Positions 1-12,998 of a stretch of 64,000 nucleotides of DNA are shown piece by piece. Source of the stretch: Leucoraja ocellata. Taxonomy: Eukaryota. Each line of letters starts with the position of its first letter. The first letter of the stretch is position 1. A model generated the notes under the pieces. The model searched no databases, was not told the DNA's origin, and saw only the letters and a program-made list of their open reading frames with translations. Made by a program: the position numbers and the translations under genes. The stretch covers positions 434,001-498,000 of the forward strand of contig JAWMAR010000113.1 of the NCBI GenBank assembly GCA_036785375.1, read 5' to 3'.

Positions 1-110
1 GGAGAAAACCGTATTTTAACCTCGTCACCCCCCTCAAAGGCGCCAAAGTCGCGCATTTGGCCAGTGGCAGAACTGCAGCGCCGCTGAAGGTAAGTTTTGT
101 AACATACCTA
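1..110. mobile_element. Terminus of an unclassified DNA-transposon-like repeat
   Basis: Homologous to 59520-59630; both end in AACATACCT. Confidence 0.5.
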
Positions 111-395
111 CATTACCAAGAAACAGCACTGGTGGGCTTATTAATCGCAAGGGGACTGGTTAGGCCAAGGACGACTTCCTCAGCAGATGACAGAAGAATC
201 CTCTCTAAAAATCAGATTTCTCCACAGATTATAAAATTAGGTAAGGCATCGCCACATCTGCGAGGCTTCACCGCCATTGTGGCCCCCTCGTCGTGAGGTT
301 TCACCGCTGTCGACGCCCCACTTCACTCCTCCGTGGTGCTGACCCGGGCCCCAGCCGCGGGCGCTATTGGCCGCTTCGTACGGCCCAGGCTTCGA

Positions 396-910
396 CAGAT
401 AAATGTGAGGTTATCCACATGGGCGGCAAAAACAAGGGGGAAGATTATTATCTCAATGGGGTTAGGTTAGGTAAGGGGGAGGTACAGTGAGACCTGGGTG
501 TAGGTTCACGAGATTGATTCCATGGTTGGCGGGACTGTCATGAGGAAAGATTGAAAAGACTAGGCTTGTATTCACTGGAGTTTAGAAGGATGAGGGGGTT
601 CTTATAGAAACATATAAAATTATAAAAGGACTGGACAAGCTGTATGCAGGAAAAATGTTCCCAATGTTGGGCGAGTCCAGAACCAGGGGCCACAGTCTTA
701 GAATAAAGGGGAGGCCATTTAAGACTGAGGTGAGAAAAAACTTTTTCACCCGGAGAGTTGTGAATTTGTGGAATTCCCTGCCACAGAGGGCAGTGGAGGC
801 CAAATCACTGGATGGATTTAAGAGAGTTAGATAGAGCTCTAGGGGTAGTGGAATCAAGGGATATGGGGAGAAGGCAGGCACGGGTTATTGATTGGGAACG
901 ATCAGACATG
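396..910 (+). mobile_element. CR1 LINE 3' fragment
   Basis: DKCEVIHMG and RGHSLRIKGRPF...RVVNLWNSLP CR1 ORF2 C-terminal motifs. Confidence 0.9.
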
Positions 911-961
911 AGCACAATGATAGTCCTAAGACAGAAAAGTCTGTATGGGAATGGGAAGGAC

Positions 962-1230
962 TCTATCTTCTATATAACTAAAAGTCTCATCTTGACCACT
1001 TCCTGTCTGCGCTGTATATTGGATTTAGAAAAAACACTACCATATATCACTATGATTTTTGGCCATCTTACTCACAGTCCTCCTCCGCTGAGGCAGCCCC
1101 AAGGAGTTATGAGTGTTTAAAAAATCTTGAGATCAACTGAATGGTCCTCTCGACTGTCAATCACCACGATGAAGGTAACACCCCTCCCGGGGGGCCAGTA
1201 GTATAAAGCCCAAATGGTATGAAATTGCAT
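962..1230 (+). mobile_element. Non-autonomous Helitron-like 5' fragment
   Basis: Shares the TCTAT..ACTAAAAGTCT.ATCTTGACCACTTCC 5' module with 14153 and 27520. Confidence 0.55.
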
Positions 1231-1244
1231 TTAACAATAGTCAA

Positions 1245-2245
1245 AAGATAATAGGTGCAGGAGTAGGCCATTCGGCCCTTCGAGCCAGCACCGCCATTCC
1301 ATGTGATCATGGCTGGTCATCCCCAATCAGTACCCCGTTCCTGCCTTCTCCCCATATCCCCTGACTCCGCTATCTTTAAGAGCCCTATCTAGCTCTCTCT
1401 AGAAAGCATCCAGAGAACCTGCCTCCACCGCCCTCTGAGGCAGAGAATTCCACAGACTCACCACTCTCTGAGAAAAAGTGTTTCCTCGTCTCTGTTCTAA
1501 ATGGCTTACTCATTATTCTTAAACTGTGGCCCCTTGTCCTAGACTCCCCCAACATCGGGAACATGTTTCCTGCCTCTAGCGTGTCCAAACCCTTAACAAT
1601 CTTAAACCCCTGTCCCACGGTACGAGTTCATTCCAAGAGCTCTCCCGAGTTTGCCCTGATTCGAACTCGGAGATTTACAGTAATGGCCATTCGTCGGTAC
1701 TCGGGGCTCTCGTGGACATTTTTCAACATGTTGAAAAATCTTCACGCGTCTTCCCGTGCTTACCTGCTGTTAGCGAGTCTTCCCGAGTACCTGCCGTTAG
1801 CGTTACGAGCCGCTAAGAGACGTCCCCGAGCTCCGACGTTCCCGCTACGTTCATTCTCCGTGCTTACCACGAGTTTGATTCTTTTTAAACTCAGAGCTCT
1901 TGGAATGAACTCCTACCATGGGACAGGGCCATCATATGTTTCAATGAGATACCCTCTCATCCTTCTAAACTCCAGAGTGTACTAGCCCAGCTACTCCATT
2001 CTCTCAGTATATGACAGTCCCACTATCCCGGGAATTAACCTTGTAAACCTACGCTGCACTCCCTCAATAGCACGAATGTCCTTCCTCAAATTAGGAGACC
2101 AAAACTGCACACAATACTCCAGGTGTGGTCTCACTAGGGCTCTGTACAACTGCAGAAGGACCTCTTTGCTCCTATATTCGATTCCTCTTGTTAAAAAGGC
2201 CAACGTGCCATTCGCTTTCTTCACTGCCTGCTGTACCTGCATAGC
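1245..2245 (-). mobile_element. CR1 LINE 3' fragment interrupted by a MITE
   Basis: LYRALVRPHLEYCVQFWSP motif (ORF 1991-2272) and 3'UTR. Confidence 0.92.
1606..1930. mobile_element. PIF/Harbinger-like MITE
   Basis: About 38-bp TIRs CCCTGTCCCACGGTACGAGTTCATTCCAAGAGCTCT / AGAGCTCTTGGAATGAACTCCTACCATGGGACAGGG. TIR end related to the element at 41102. Confidence 0.75.
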
Positions 2246-5200
2246 TTTGTAGTAAACATCCATCTGGTTCACATAGGTTCTTCAGAGAAGGATATCTACA
2301 ATTTTTACTCGGAATGGCTCAATGTAATTCCAAATCAACAGTATGGTTGACACTAGATGTCTAATATAATCCACGAAGCTTCAAATTTACTGAAATGAAC
2401 TGCTATCATTCTGACCACTCTCTTTCTTAGACCCATCATGAGGTCCATGAAGCAAAGTTCCTGCAGTTTCCTAGTAGTTATGCAACAAAACTGCGGCTGA
2501 AGATGTGATTAATCAGATCTGGCCTGATTCAATACCCCATTGAAACATGTTCAAAAGAGACAGATAAATCGCAATTTATATTTTTCTATTAATATTAGTT
2601 TTGAAGTAGAATATTCAAGATTCAAGATTCAATTTAATTGTCACATGTGCCAATTATGGTACAGTAAAATTTGAGTTACCATACAGACATATTAAAGTAA
2701 AACGCATAAATACACACAGCACATAAAATAAAGTTTAACATAAAAATCCACCGTAATGAAATCAACATTCCTCACCATGATGGAAGGCAATAAAGTTCAG
2801 TCATCTTCCTCCTTTGTCCAAGACTGAACAAAATTGCAGAGTTGTGGATGTAGCTCAGTTTGATACACAAACCAGTCCCCCCTTTCCCACCTCACATCAA
2901 GACTTCATGTTGCCTCGGGGAAGCAGCCAACATATCTATAGATCTATCTATCTATAATCAAGGACCATTTACACCCCAGACATTCTCTCTTCTCCCTGTC
3001 CTTGAAGATATAAAGGCTTAAAATCAGATTCAAAAGCAGCTTCCTCCCCTCTGTTATCAGAACTGAACAGTCCTCTCCTAACCTAAGGATGTAATCATGA
3101 TCCTCCAACCTACCTCATTGCGGTCCTTGCACTTTTATTTGGCTGGACTTTTACTGTAACTAATGCAATAACATTGTAACATTAATCTGCACTCTGGTAT
3201 TTTTCTCTTTGCACTTCCTGTTGTAATTGTGTATGACTTCATGGTACTTGTAAAACATAATGTGACTAGATTGCAAATAAAGCAAGCTTTTCACTATAAT
3301 GTATTACATATGACAATGATAAACACAAAACCTATTCCAAAAACAATGTGTTTTTCAGTTTTCTAATAGCTTATTTCATTTTTAGTTGTTTTTAGTAATC
3401 ATAGGACCAGGAAAAAAATCACTCAACCATTCAGGCATGTTTCACCAGCTAATAAATCATAGCTGACCTGACTAACTTTTGGGATGGCATAATGCTACTG
3501 CTAGTAGATCTGTTGTCTAGCCTGACCTCTGCTGCTGTCTATGGAATATGCATGTTGTTCCTACGAGTATTTAGCTTTCCTTCCACACCTGAAAGATGTG
3601 CAAATTGCTAGGTTAATGATAAACATTAATTGAGTTGTAAATGACAGCAAGTGTGCAGGTAAGTCATCAAATCTGAGGGATTTGATGATTCAGGTTTACG
3701 ATTGTCACATGTACACAGGTACAGTGAATAGCTTTGTTTTGCATGCTATCTAATCAGATCATGTAATACTGTACATTGATACAATCAAGTCAAACTCAAG
3801 TACAATAGGTTGAACAAAGGTGTAGGAAGGAACTGCAGATGCTGGTTTACACTGAAAATAGATACAAAATGCTGGAGTAACTCAGCTGGCCAGACAGTAT
3901 CTCTAGATACTAGGAATGGGTAATGTTTCAGGTTGAGACCCTTCTTCAAACTCTTTGGTTGAACAAATCTATCTTAAGTTGAACAAAGGGGAAGGTACAG
4001 AGTGCAGAATATAGTTCTCATCATTGTAGCACAACAGTTCCATAGACAAAGTCCATTGTCCGCATTGGTGTAGAGGCAAATCGGACAGTACCCAACCGCA
4101 TGGCAAGAATGTTCAGAAGCCAGACAACAGAGGAGAGGAAGCTGTTCCTGAAACTCGTGTGCACACTTTCAAGCTTCTATTTCTTCTGCCCAACAGTAGC
4201 AACGAGAAGGAATAACTGGGGTGGGACAAGTCTTTGATTATATTGGCTTCTTTTCCGAGGCATCATGAAGCATACGTGGAGTTGATGGTGGGGAATCTGA
4301 TCTGTGTGATGAACTGGGTACGTCCATAACTCTGCAATTTCTTGTGTTCTTGGGCAGAGTGGATTCCCAAACCAAGCTGTGCTGCAACAGAGCAGCAAGC
4401 TTTCTATGGTGCACCTATAAGGGGAATCTGGGGGAATAAAATGGGGATAATGTCACATTAGTGTAAATAAGTGTTTGATTCCAGCAAAGTATTGTTGGGC
4501 AAAGGACTATTTTCCCTTCTGTTTTACTCTATAATTTAGCTCACATTCTCACATTCCCACTAACCTAACAGCTCTTGCTTATCAAGAAACTATTTGCTCG
4601 TAAATTTTCAATTAACTGCTTCCAACATATTTACACTCTTCCTTAAATAAAGGGACCAATACTAATACTACAGTTGCAGTCTCACCATTGACCTATATAA
4701 CTCAAGTATAACTTCACTTCTTTTTATTTTCAATTTTTCCAACAATTAATATGATATCTTAATAACTTGTTGTACCTACAAATTCATCTTTTGCTCCACT
4801 AAATCTTGGAGCTCAACAGCTCTGAAATTTAGCCAGGGGATCAATCCGGTTTCAATGAGAAATGCGGTAAGGGTAGCGCAAGGAGTCCATTAAAATAATG
4901 AGGTGATAGCCTAGTGAAGCCGCAACACAGGATGACATATCTGCTGAAAATTAGTTGTAGAACGAGGATCCAAGAATATTCCCATCCCCAACAATGGTGG
5001 AGCATGGCATATATATGCTAGAGACAAGGCTGAAGCATTTGCAAACATGCTCACCGGAAATGATGTGTTCATTTTTGCTCCATGTGATATCAAGGAACAC
5101 CTGAGAATATGGAATACAAAACCTAAGAAACCAGACAGTATTCCACCTCCAGTACTGAAGGCTTATGCACCAGAACTACTTTGCCTCAAGCTACGTAGTT

Positions 5201-5422
5201 CCAAAGCAGTTATAACACATGTATCATCTGAAAAATTGCCAAGGTATGTCCTGTTCACAAAAAGTCTGGGCAAACCCAAGTGATCCAAGCTAATCGTTGC
5301 CCAATAAAGTCCACTCTCATTCATTGACAACGTGATGTCAGGGACCATTGAGAGTGCTACCAAGCAGTGGTTATTCTACAATAAGCTGCTTGCCACTGCC
5401 CAGTTTAAGTTTCAACATGGCC

Positions 5423-6172
5423 TTGATTAGATTGATTAGATTTTATTTTAGGGACAGTGCATATTAATAAACATTTACATGTAATACGCAAGATTGTAGC
5501 CAGTACCTAATTTCCATCTTTAGTCCCTCTGGTAAACAAGGTAAACACATCACAAACACTCAACACAATTTAAAGTCCCAAAGTCATTGTCTCTTCCCTC
5601 CTTGCTCTCCCTCTGCACTAAGGCAATCCAAGCCTCCGATGTTGTGACCCCGCCGGGTGATGGTAGGTAAGTCCCGCGGCTGAATCCGTGCTCCGCAAAC
5701 TGGCCGGTTCAAACTCCGCGGCCCGGGGCGGTCGAAGCTGCCGAAGCTTCCACCCTCCAGTCCAGCGGCTGTAGTTGTGAGAGCTCCGGAAAACAGAACT
5801 CGAGCTCCCGATGATGTCGTCCACTGGCCCGCGGCCGAGGCTCCAAAGTCGGAGGTTGGGTCGCACCGCAACCACAGCCCCGAAGTCGGCCAGCCTCACC
5901 TTGGTCCTGGCTCTGCCTCCGCAGCCTCGAGGTCGGTCGCAGTTGGAGGCCGCCAGCTCCGAGATAGGCCTCAGCGCAGACAGACACGGAGACAGGGGAT
6001 ACAGCAGGAAAGGTCGCACCCCCTCGAAGGAAGAGTCAAAAAACATGTTACACTCACCCCCTCACACATACACAACTAAATAAACCAAAATAAACTAAAA
6101 ACGGGACAAAAGAAAACAAAAAACAGAAAAGACAAACGGACTGCAGGCGAGCCGCAGCTGCAAGGCAGCGCC
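5423..6172 (-). mobile_element. CpG-rich non-autonomous retroposon-like insertion
   Basis: Sharp GC/CpG-rich block. On the minus strand it ends in AATAAAA plus a short (TCTAATCAA) tandem tail. No recognisable ORF. Confidence 0.5.
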
Positions 6173-7687
6173 TTTAAACCTTAGCATGGCTATGAACCAA
6201 ACAATAACCAAATAGCTCAATTCCAGGCATGACTATGACTGCCTTTGACATCAAAGCAGCATTTGACTGAGTGGATACAATTGAAATTAATGCACTTCAA
6301 CAGGGAAATATCCCAATGATTGTAGACATTCCTTACAAAACGGAAGATAGTTGAGGTTGCTAGAAATCATTCCATTCAGCCGCAAAATATCATTACAGAA
6401 GTTCTGAGAAATATCCTTGGCCCAACCACCTTCAACTCATTCATTGGATCAGATTAAATATTTATTGAAAATTGCACAATATTTTTGCACAATTGCACAA
6501 TCCCCTTTTCAATACTTCAGCAAATGAAGCAGCTCTGCATGCAGCAAGACCCAGATGATATTCCAGTATGGACTAATAAGTTGCAAATGACATTCATGCA
6601 CACTTTTTGGAAAGTGTTCAGTATTACATCTCTCGATCACTTCTTCCAAAAAGTAGGGCCTTACATTTCTCTGCGATAAGTTCCATGTGCCATTTGTGTG
6701 GCTATTCTGTGAGGTATTTATGTCTTGCGCTATCAACTGATCTCTTTTACTGTTTTTCACATCTCTAAGTTTGGTATCATCAATATTTGAACTTTTATTC
6801 TGTTCCAATATTCAAGTCTTTAAATATATCAAAAAAGTCCTCACATTGACCCTTGTAAAATACCAATGTATACCAAGAAACATTTAGTTGCTACTATCTG
6901 TCCTTAAGGCATTACTTTTATTCCTGTTAAGTGACTTCATTTCATAAGCTTTAATTTTACTAAATTTTATAAATTGCTTTCTTAAATTCCATGTTGACGT
7001 TACATTCCTTTCATCAAACTTCTTAGTTACGTCATCAAACCTTTTAATTATGTTGATCAAACTTAATAAATCCATGCTGGCTCTCTAATAGACTGAAACC
7101 ACTCCCAAGTACCTTTTCCCCCCACCCTCTCCCTGCCCAATTGTTGTTTCCAAAACCTATGCTAAACTGACCAGCCTATAGATTAAATAAATGTCCTTAC
7201 AACCAAGAACAAGGGCATCACATTTACCATGTTCTAATCTTCTGAGATTTTTTCTCTGTATTTAGGAATTAGTGGCAGCCCATCTGTTCACAACTACATA
7301 CAAACCATCTACATCAGGAGATTTATCCAGTCCAAGCAATCCAAATCTTTCCAGTTGGTCCTATCGATCAATTTTCACTTCATCCATTTGTTCCATCATT
7401 TCTGTCTCTTTCAATGTCCTTCTAATATCTTCCATAGTGAACATTGTTACAAATACATATTAAGTATTCCATGTCCTGTGCCTCTAAGAATATATCACTT
7501 CATATTATCTGCTCCTCTATCAAGCTACATACTTGAAATGTGACATCATCATGNNNNNNNNNNNNNNNNNNNNNNNNNNNNNNNNNNNNNNNNNNNNNNN
7601 NNNNNNNNNNNNNNNNNNNNNNNNNNNNNNNNNNNNNNNNNNNNNNNNNNNNNNNNNNNNNNNNNNNNNNNNNNNNNNNNNNNNNNN

Positions 7688-8695
7688 ACTTGGATGTGTG
7701 TGTGATCATACTGCTCGAAAAAAACGACGCCCTGATGGTAAAACTTTTACATATTCCTGTAGAGATTTATCCGGTGAAGTCAAAAATCGGCTTACGTGAA
7801 AGTTTCGAGCTTTATTTCTCAAGTTATTAATCAAAATGTTCAAAAATTTCAAATTACTTAGAAAATGAAACCACTTTGGCTGATGGGGTGATGACGTCAC
7901 AATGGCAGCACGCTGTGTTCACGTGCAGCGAGTCACATCGCCTGGCCACACCGCTCGCAATACCGTTGATAAAAACCACACTGTCTTCTTGCTCGCGATG
8001 CGAGTGACGTCACCCACCCCCCGACTACTCGTTCTCGGACCCTGACTGCAGCCTGAAGCCGGGAGCGAGGTTCGGGAACCAGCCCTCCCCCCTGACAACG
8101 CACCCATCCCCCCAAGCCCCTAAAACTCTACTCCCCCTCCCTCTCTGCCCCCCCTCCCTCTCTGCCCCGCTCACACTCCGTCTGCCCCACCCCCCTCCCA
8201 CCGCAACGGGTAGGTGCATTTTGCAGCTGGGAGCGAGGGATTTTAGAGTTCGGGAACCAGCTCTCACCTCTGACTACGTGCCCTCCCAACCCCTCAAACT
8301 CTACCCCCTCCCTCTCTCCCCAAACCCCCCCCCCCCCCCCCCGTGCCTCTGTGTCCCTCTCTGTGCCTCCTTGACCCTCTGTGTGCCTCTGTGCCACTGT
8401 GTGACTGTGTCCCTCTCTGTACTTCTATGTCCCTCTCGGTGCCTCTGTGTCCCTCTCTCTCTATCCCTCTCCAGCCGCGCTTGCGAGTTGGGGGCTATGC
8501 GTGAGTGGACAGGGTAAAAGGAATGAATGAATAATATGAATATAATATCAATTGGGGTGGTTAGTGTGTGTTGGGGGGGTGGTTAGTGTGTGTGAGTGAG
8601 GGGTTGGTTAGTGTGTGTGTGACGCCGCAGGCCACCCCCTCCCCCCACAACCGCGCGTTGAGGGGATGGGACCCAACGGGTCCCACTTGGTCTAG
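7688..8695 (+). mobile_element. Non-autonomous Helitron 3' part (5' end in gap)
   Basis: Hairpin TGGGACCC-AAC-GGGTCCCA (8667-8685) followed by CTAG|T at 8692-8696. Confidence 0.75.
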
Positions 8696-9559
8696 TAGAT
8701 CTATAAAATAATACAGCATCAAATGCGTGATTTGCCCCATCAAGTCAGTTGTTGTGATTATTTTCTACATCAGTGATGTAGATTATTAATTTCAATGTTA
8801 CACTTTGCCTTATACTATTTTAATCAATTATTTAATTTCCATTTGAAATGATTCATGTTGGGCTTGCTTCTAGAGTGCCTCAAGGAAGTGACTCTAAACT
8901 CTTCACATAGCTTTATTTAACTATTGGGTTTTTTTTCCTCTCACGCTACCATATTGCCATTTGAAGATATTCATAAGGTTGCACCTCAACATTCTTTTTC
9001 CTCTTTTTGTGCTCAGATTTGACTTTAATATACATTTAACTTCTGGATGAAGACATTACGCTTTTTTTTGTATCAAATCTCCAAGTTGCATAAGTAGGAT
9101 AGCTACAAAATCCTATCTATCATTTCTCAAAATTCTTCTTTTCCTTTATTTGCAATGCTTTATTTTATAAAAATTAAATAATTCCTCTCTCATGTTTGAT
9201 TTAAATCTTTTTATTTGAATTTCACAGCAATTTGCATACATACAATGATAACAGACAGTGACAGTCAAGGCATAATTGTGCAACAGTATGTAAGCGACCC
9301 TCAAAGCCCTTACCCTTACCCACCTTCAACCCACCCGAATCAGGTCGGAACCAAACGGGGACAAACAACACTCGCATACATACACATCCACACAAATATG
9401 GTAATATAAACAAAACAAAAAGTACTAAAAAAAAAAAAAGTGGTCACTAATAACAGTAAATAAGTAAGTAATTAAATAAATAAGTGTGGGGGGGGGGGTT
9501 AAGGTTAATCATGTTTGATTGAGGAAATATGTGGTTCTCAGTCATTTGCAGTGATTCAA

Positions 9560-9830
9560 TTTGTTAAATATCTGATAAGAGCAGGATCAGATTAGCTAGG
9601 ACACCCATTAATAAAATGCAGATTGGATGAACAGTTTGCAGAACACCTCCAATTCGTCTGCAAGAGGAATCCCGAGCTCACAGTTCTCCACTCCACTCCT
9701 ACTTTGGCCTCTCTGTCTTTTACTATTCCAACAAGTGTTATTGGAAATTCAAGAAACAGCACCTCCCCTTCAGACTGGGCATATTGCAACCATCAGGTCA
9801 AATATAGAATTCACCAATTTCAGGTAACCA
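9560..9830 (+). mobile_element. Degraded Penelope-like GIY-YIG 3' remnant
   Basis: RLDEQFAEHL-like remnant, similar to RLGDRFAKHL at 63126-63866. Confidence 0.5.
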
Positions 9831-10394
9831 ACTTTTTTTCTCTATACGGAAATTGCTGGATATTTCAGTTTCAATTTGTTCTTTTGTATCTTTTCTCTTC
9901 GTCTCTAATTGCTGGAATTTAAATAAATGTTTTCCTTTATCACTTTGGCATTCATCCTGACAGAGATAAATATTCTCAGTACACTTCAGTGTTATTTAAT
10001 GCCACTAGATCTTGTACATTCACTGATAGGACAACCAAAGCTTTGGTTTAACACTGTATCCAAAAGCTGGAAACCATTGCATTGGACCAATCTATATCTT
10101 GTAGTCCAGACTTTGGTGTGAGGTTTGAACTCAGTACCAGGAATAAAAATGATAATATATGACCATAGCTGACAGTTTAACCTCATACACTTTACAGCTT
10201 TCCACAATTGTTAATGAATTTGGTAGCATAGAACCACTGTCCTTGTATCAAAAGGTCATAAGAAATAGGAGTACAATTAGGCCACTTGGCCCATCAAGTC
10301 TATTCCGCTATTCAATCATGTCACATAGGCAGAATACAAAATCGTTATAGAAAAACACAAACAAAATATTACTCAGAGATAAAGTTTAATTCAT

Positions 10395-10985
10395 AGGTAG
10401 ACAAAAGTGCTGGAGAAACTCAGCGGGTGCAGCAGCATCTATGGAGCGAAGGCAATAGGCAACGTTTCGGGCCGAAACAAGGGGTCACAGTTTAAGGATT
10501 AGGGGGGTATCTTTTAGGACCAAGATGAGGAAAAAAATGTTCACACAGAGAGTGGTGAATCTCTGGAATTCTCTGCCACCAAAGGTAGTTGAGGCCAGTT
10601 CATTGGCTATATTTAAGAGGGAGTTAGATGTGGCCCTTGTGGCTATAGGGATCAGGGGTATGGAGAGAAGGCAGGTACAGGATACTGAGTTGGATGATCA
10701 GCCATGATCATATTGAATGGCGGTGCAGGCTCGAAGGGCCGAATGGCCTACTCCTGCACCTATTTTCTATGTTTCTATGAAACCCTTCTTCAGACTGATG
10801 TAGAGTGGGGGGGGGGGAGAGAACAAAGGAGAAAGGAAGAGCTGAGATGGGGAGGAGACAGCAAGGGCTACCAGAAATTGGAGAAGTCAATGTTTATGCC
10901 GCTAGGGCCCAGGACAGAAAGGTCAGATTTGGAATGGGAGGGGAAGTTGAAGTGCTGAGCCACAGGGAGATCAGGTTGGTTAATG
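10395..10985 (-). mobile_element. Penelope-like 3' end/pLTR interrupted by a CR1 tail (10478-10778, plus strand)
   Basis: pLTR sequence ctggagaaactcagcgggtgcagc... is split at GAAAC by a CR1 3' end with an (TTTCTATG) tail. Confidence 0.75.
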
Positions 10986-11390
10986 CGGGGTTAAGACAGG
11001 GGATATGAGGAGAAGGCAGGAACGGGGTACTGATTGTGGATGATCAGCCATGATCACATTGAATGGTGGTGCTGGAATGGCCTACTCTTGCACCCATTGT
11101 TTATTGTCCGAGACATGCATATTGAGTAATGACTTCCCTACCAATATGTTGTACTTAAAAATGATAGAACCTCTTCTTTTTACCACTCTGTATTTTATAT
11201 GACTGGAAATATATGTATTGTAAAAATGTAAACAGGTGCTAAAAGAATATTTTCTATGAAATAAAGTACCTACTTCCGTAAAATAATTTAGATAATGTGA
11301 AAGAGGCATATGAGAGCTAATGTGGTTTTTAGTCTGAAGAGAAGATACACTGAGGCAGGACAGAAACAAACAATAATGGAGGAAGTATGA

Positions 11391-11611
11391 AGGTACATAA
11401 AAATGCTGGAGAAACTCAGCGGGTGCAGCAGCATCTATGGAGCGAAGGAAATAGGCAACGTTTCGGGCCGAAACCCTTCTTCAGACTTCAGGTTTCGGCC
11501 CGAAACGTTGCTTATTTCCTACGTTCCATAGATGCTGCTGCACCCGCTGAGTTTCTCCAGCATTTTTGTGTACCTTTGATTTTCCAGCATCTGCAGTTCC
11601 TTCTTGAACAC
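11391..11611. mobile_element. Fold-back Penelope pLTR insertion with 15-bp TSD
   Basis: Two inverted pLTR halves; ATGGAGGAAGTATGA at 11376-11390 and 11612-11626. Confidence 0.8.
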
Positions 11612-11787
11612 ATGGAGGAAGTATGATGCTGATTCACAAAAATCTATTCACCAGATGATGTTTACCCCAAAATCGTTCCCCCAAAGTGTTTTTCATACTT
11701 TGCCAGTAATTTTAGTCATAGAGTGATACAGTGTGGAAACAGGCCCTTTGGCCCAACTCACCCACACTGGCCAACAATGTCCCAGCT

Positions 11788-12998
11788 GAAATTGACGAGG
11801 GTAAAGCAGTGGATGTTGTCTATATGGACTTTAGTAGGCCTTTGACAAGGTTCCTCATGGAAGGTTGGTTAAGAAGATTCAACTGTTGGGTATAAATGCA
11901 GGAGTAGCAAGATGGATTCAACAGTGGCTGAATGGGAGATGCCAGAGGGTAATGGTGGATGGCTGTTTGTCGGATTGGAGGCAGGTGACTAGTGGGGTGC
12001 CTCAGGGATCTGTGTTGGGTCCTTTATTGTTTGTCATGTACATCAATGATCTGGATGAAGGTGTGGTAAATTGGATTAGTAAGTATGCAGATGATACCAA
12101 GATAGGGGATGTTGTGGATAATGAAGAGGATTTCCAAAGTCTACAGAGTGATTTAGGTCATTTGGAAGAATGGGCTGAAAGATGGCAGATGGAGTTTAAT
12201 GCTGATAAATGTGAGGTACTACACCTTGGCAGCACAAATCAAAATTGGACGTACATGGTAAATGGTAGAGAATTGAAGAATGCAGTTGAACAGAGGGATC
12301 TGGGAATACCCGTGCATAGTTCCTTGAAGGTGGAATCTCGTATAGATAGGGTGGTAATGAAAGCTTTTGGTATGCTAGCCTTTATAAATCAGAGCATTGA
12401 GTATAGAAGCTGGGAGGTAATGTTAAAATTGTACAAGGCATTGGTGAGACCAAATCTGGAGTATGGTGTACAATTTTGGTCGCCTAATTATAGGAAGGAT
12501 GTCAACAAAATAGAGAGTACAGAGGAGATTTACTAGAATGTTGCCTGGGTTTCAACAATTAAGTTACAGAGAAAGGTTGAATAAGTTAGGTCTTTATTCT
12601 CTGGAGCGCAGAAGGTTAAGGGGGGACTTAATAGAGGTCTTTAAAATGATGAGAGGGATAGACAGAGTTGATGTGGACAAGCTTTTCCCTTTGAGAATAG
12701 GGAAGATTCAAACAAGAGGACATGACTTCAGAATTAAGGGACAGAAGTTTAGGGGTAACATGAGGGGGAACTTCTTTACTCAGAGAGTGGTAGCGGTGTG
12801 GAATGAGCTTCCAGTGGAAGTGGTGGAGGCAGGTTCGTTGGTATCATTTAAAAATAAATTGGATAGGCATATGGATGAGAAGGGAATGGAGGGTTATGGT
12901 ATGAGTGCAGGCAGGTGGGACTAAGGGAAAATAATTGTTCGGCACGGACTTGTAGGGCCGAGATGGCCTGTTTCCGTGCTGTAATTGTTATATGGTTA
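11788..12998 (+). mobile_element. CR1 LINE ORF2 (RT) 3' 1.2 kb, nested in an opposite-strand CR1 remnant (11715-13345)
   Basis: GVPQGSVLGP and YADD RT motifs (ORF 11865-12536, frameshifted into 12538-12924); (TATGGT) tail. Confidence 0.95.

Noticed and set aside
5584-6083. Several overlapping 90-140 aa ORFs
   Set aside because: Stop-poor GC-rich repeat; no domain motifs or splice context.
7500-7830. ORFs spanning N runs (also 41475-41882)
   Set aside because: Artefacts of assembly gaps.
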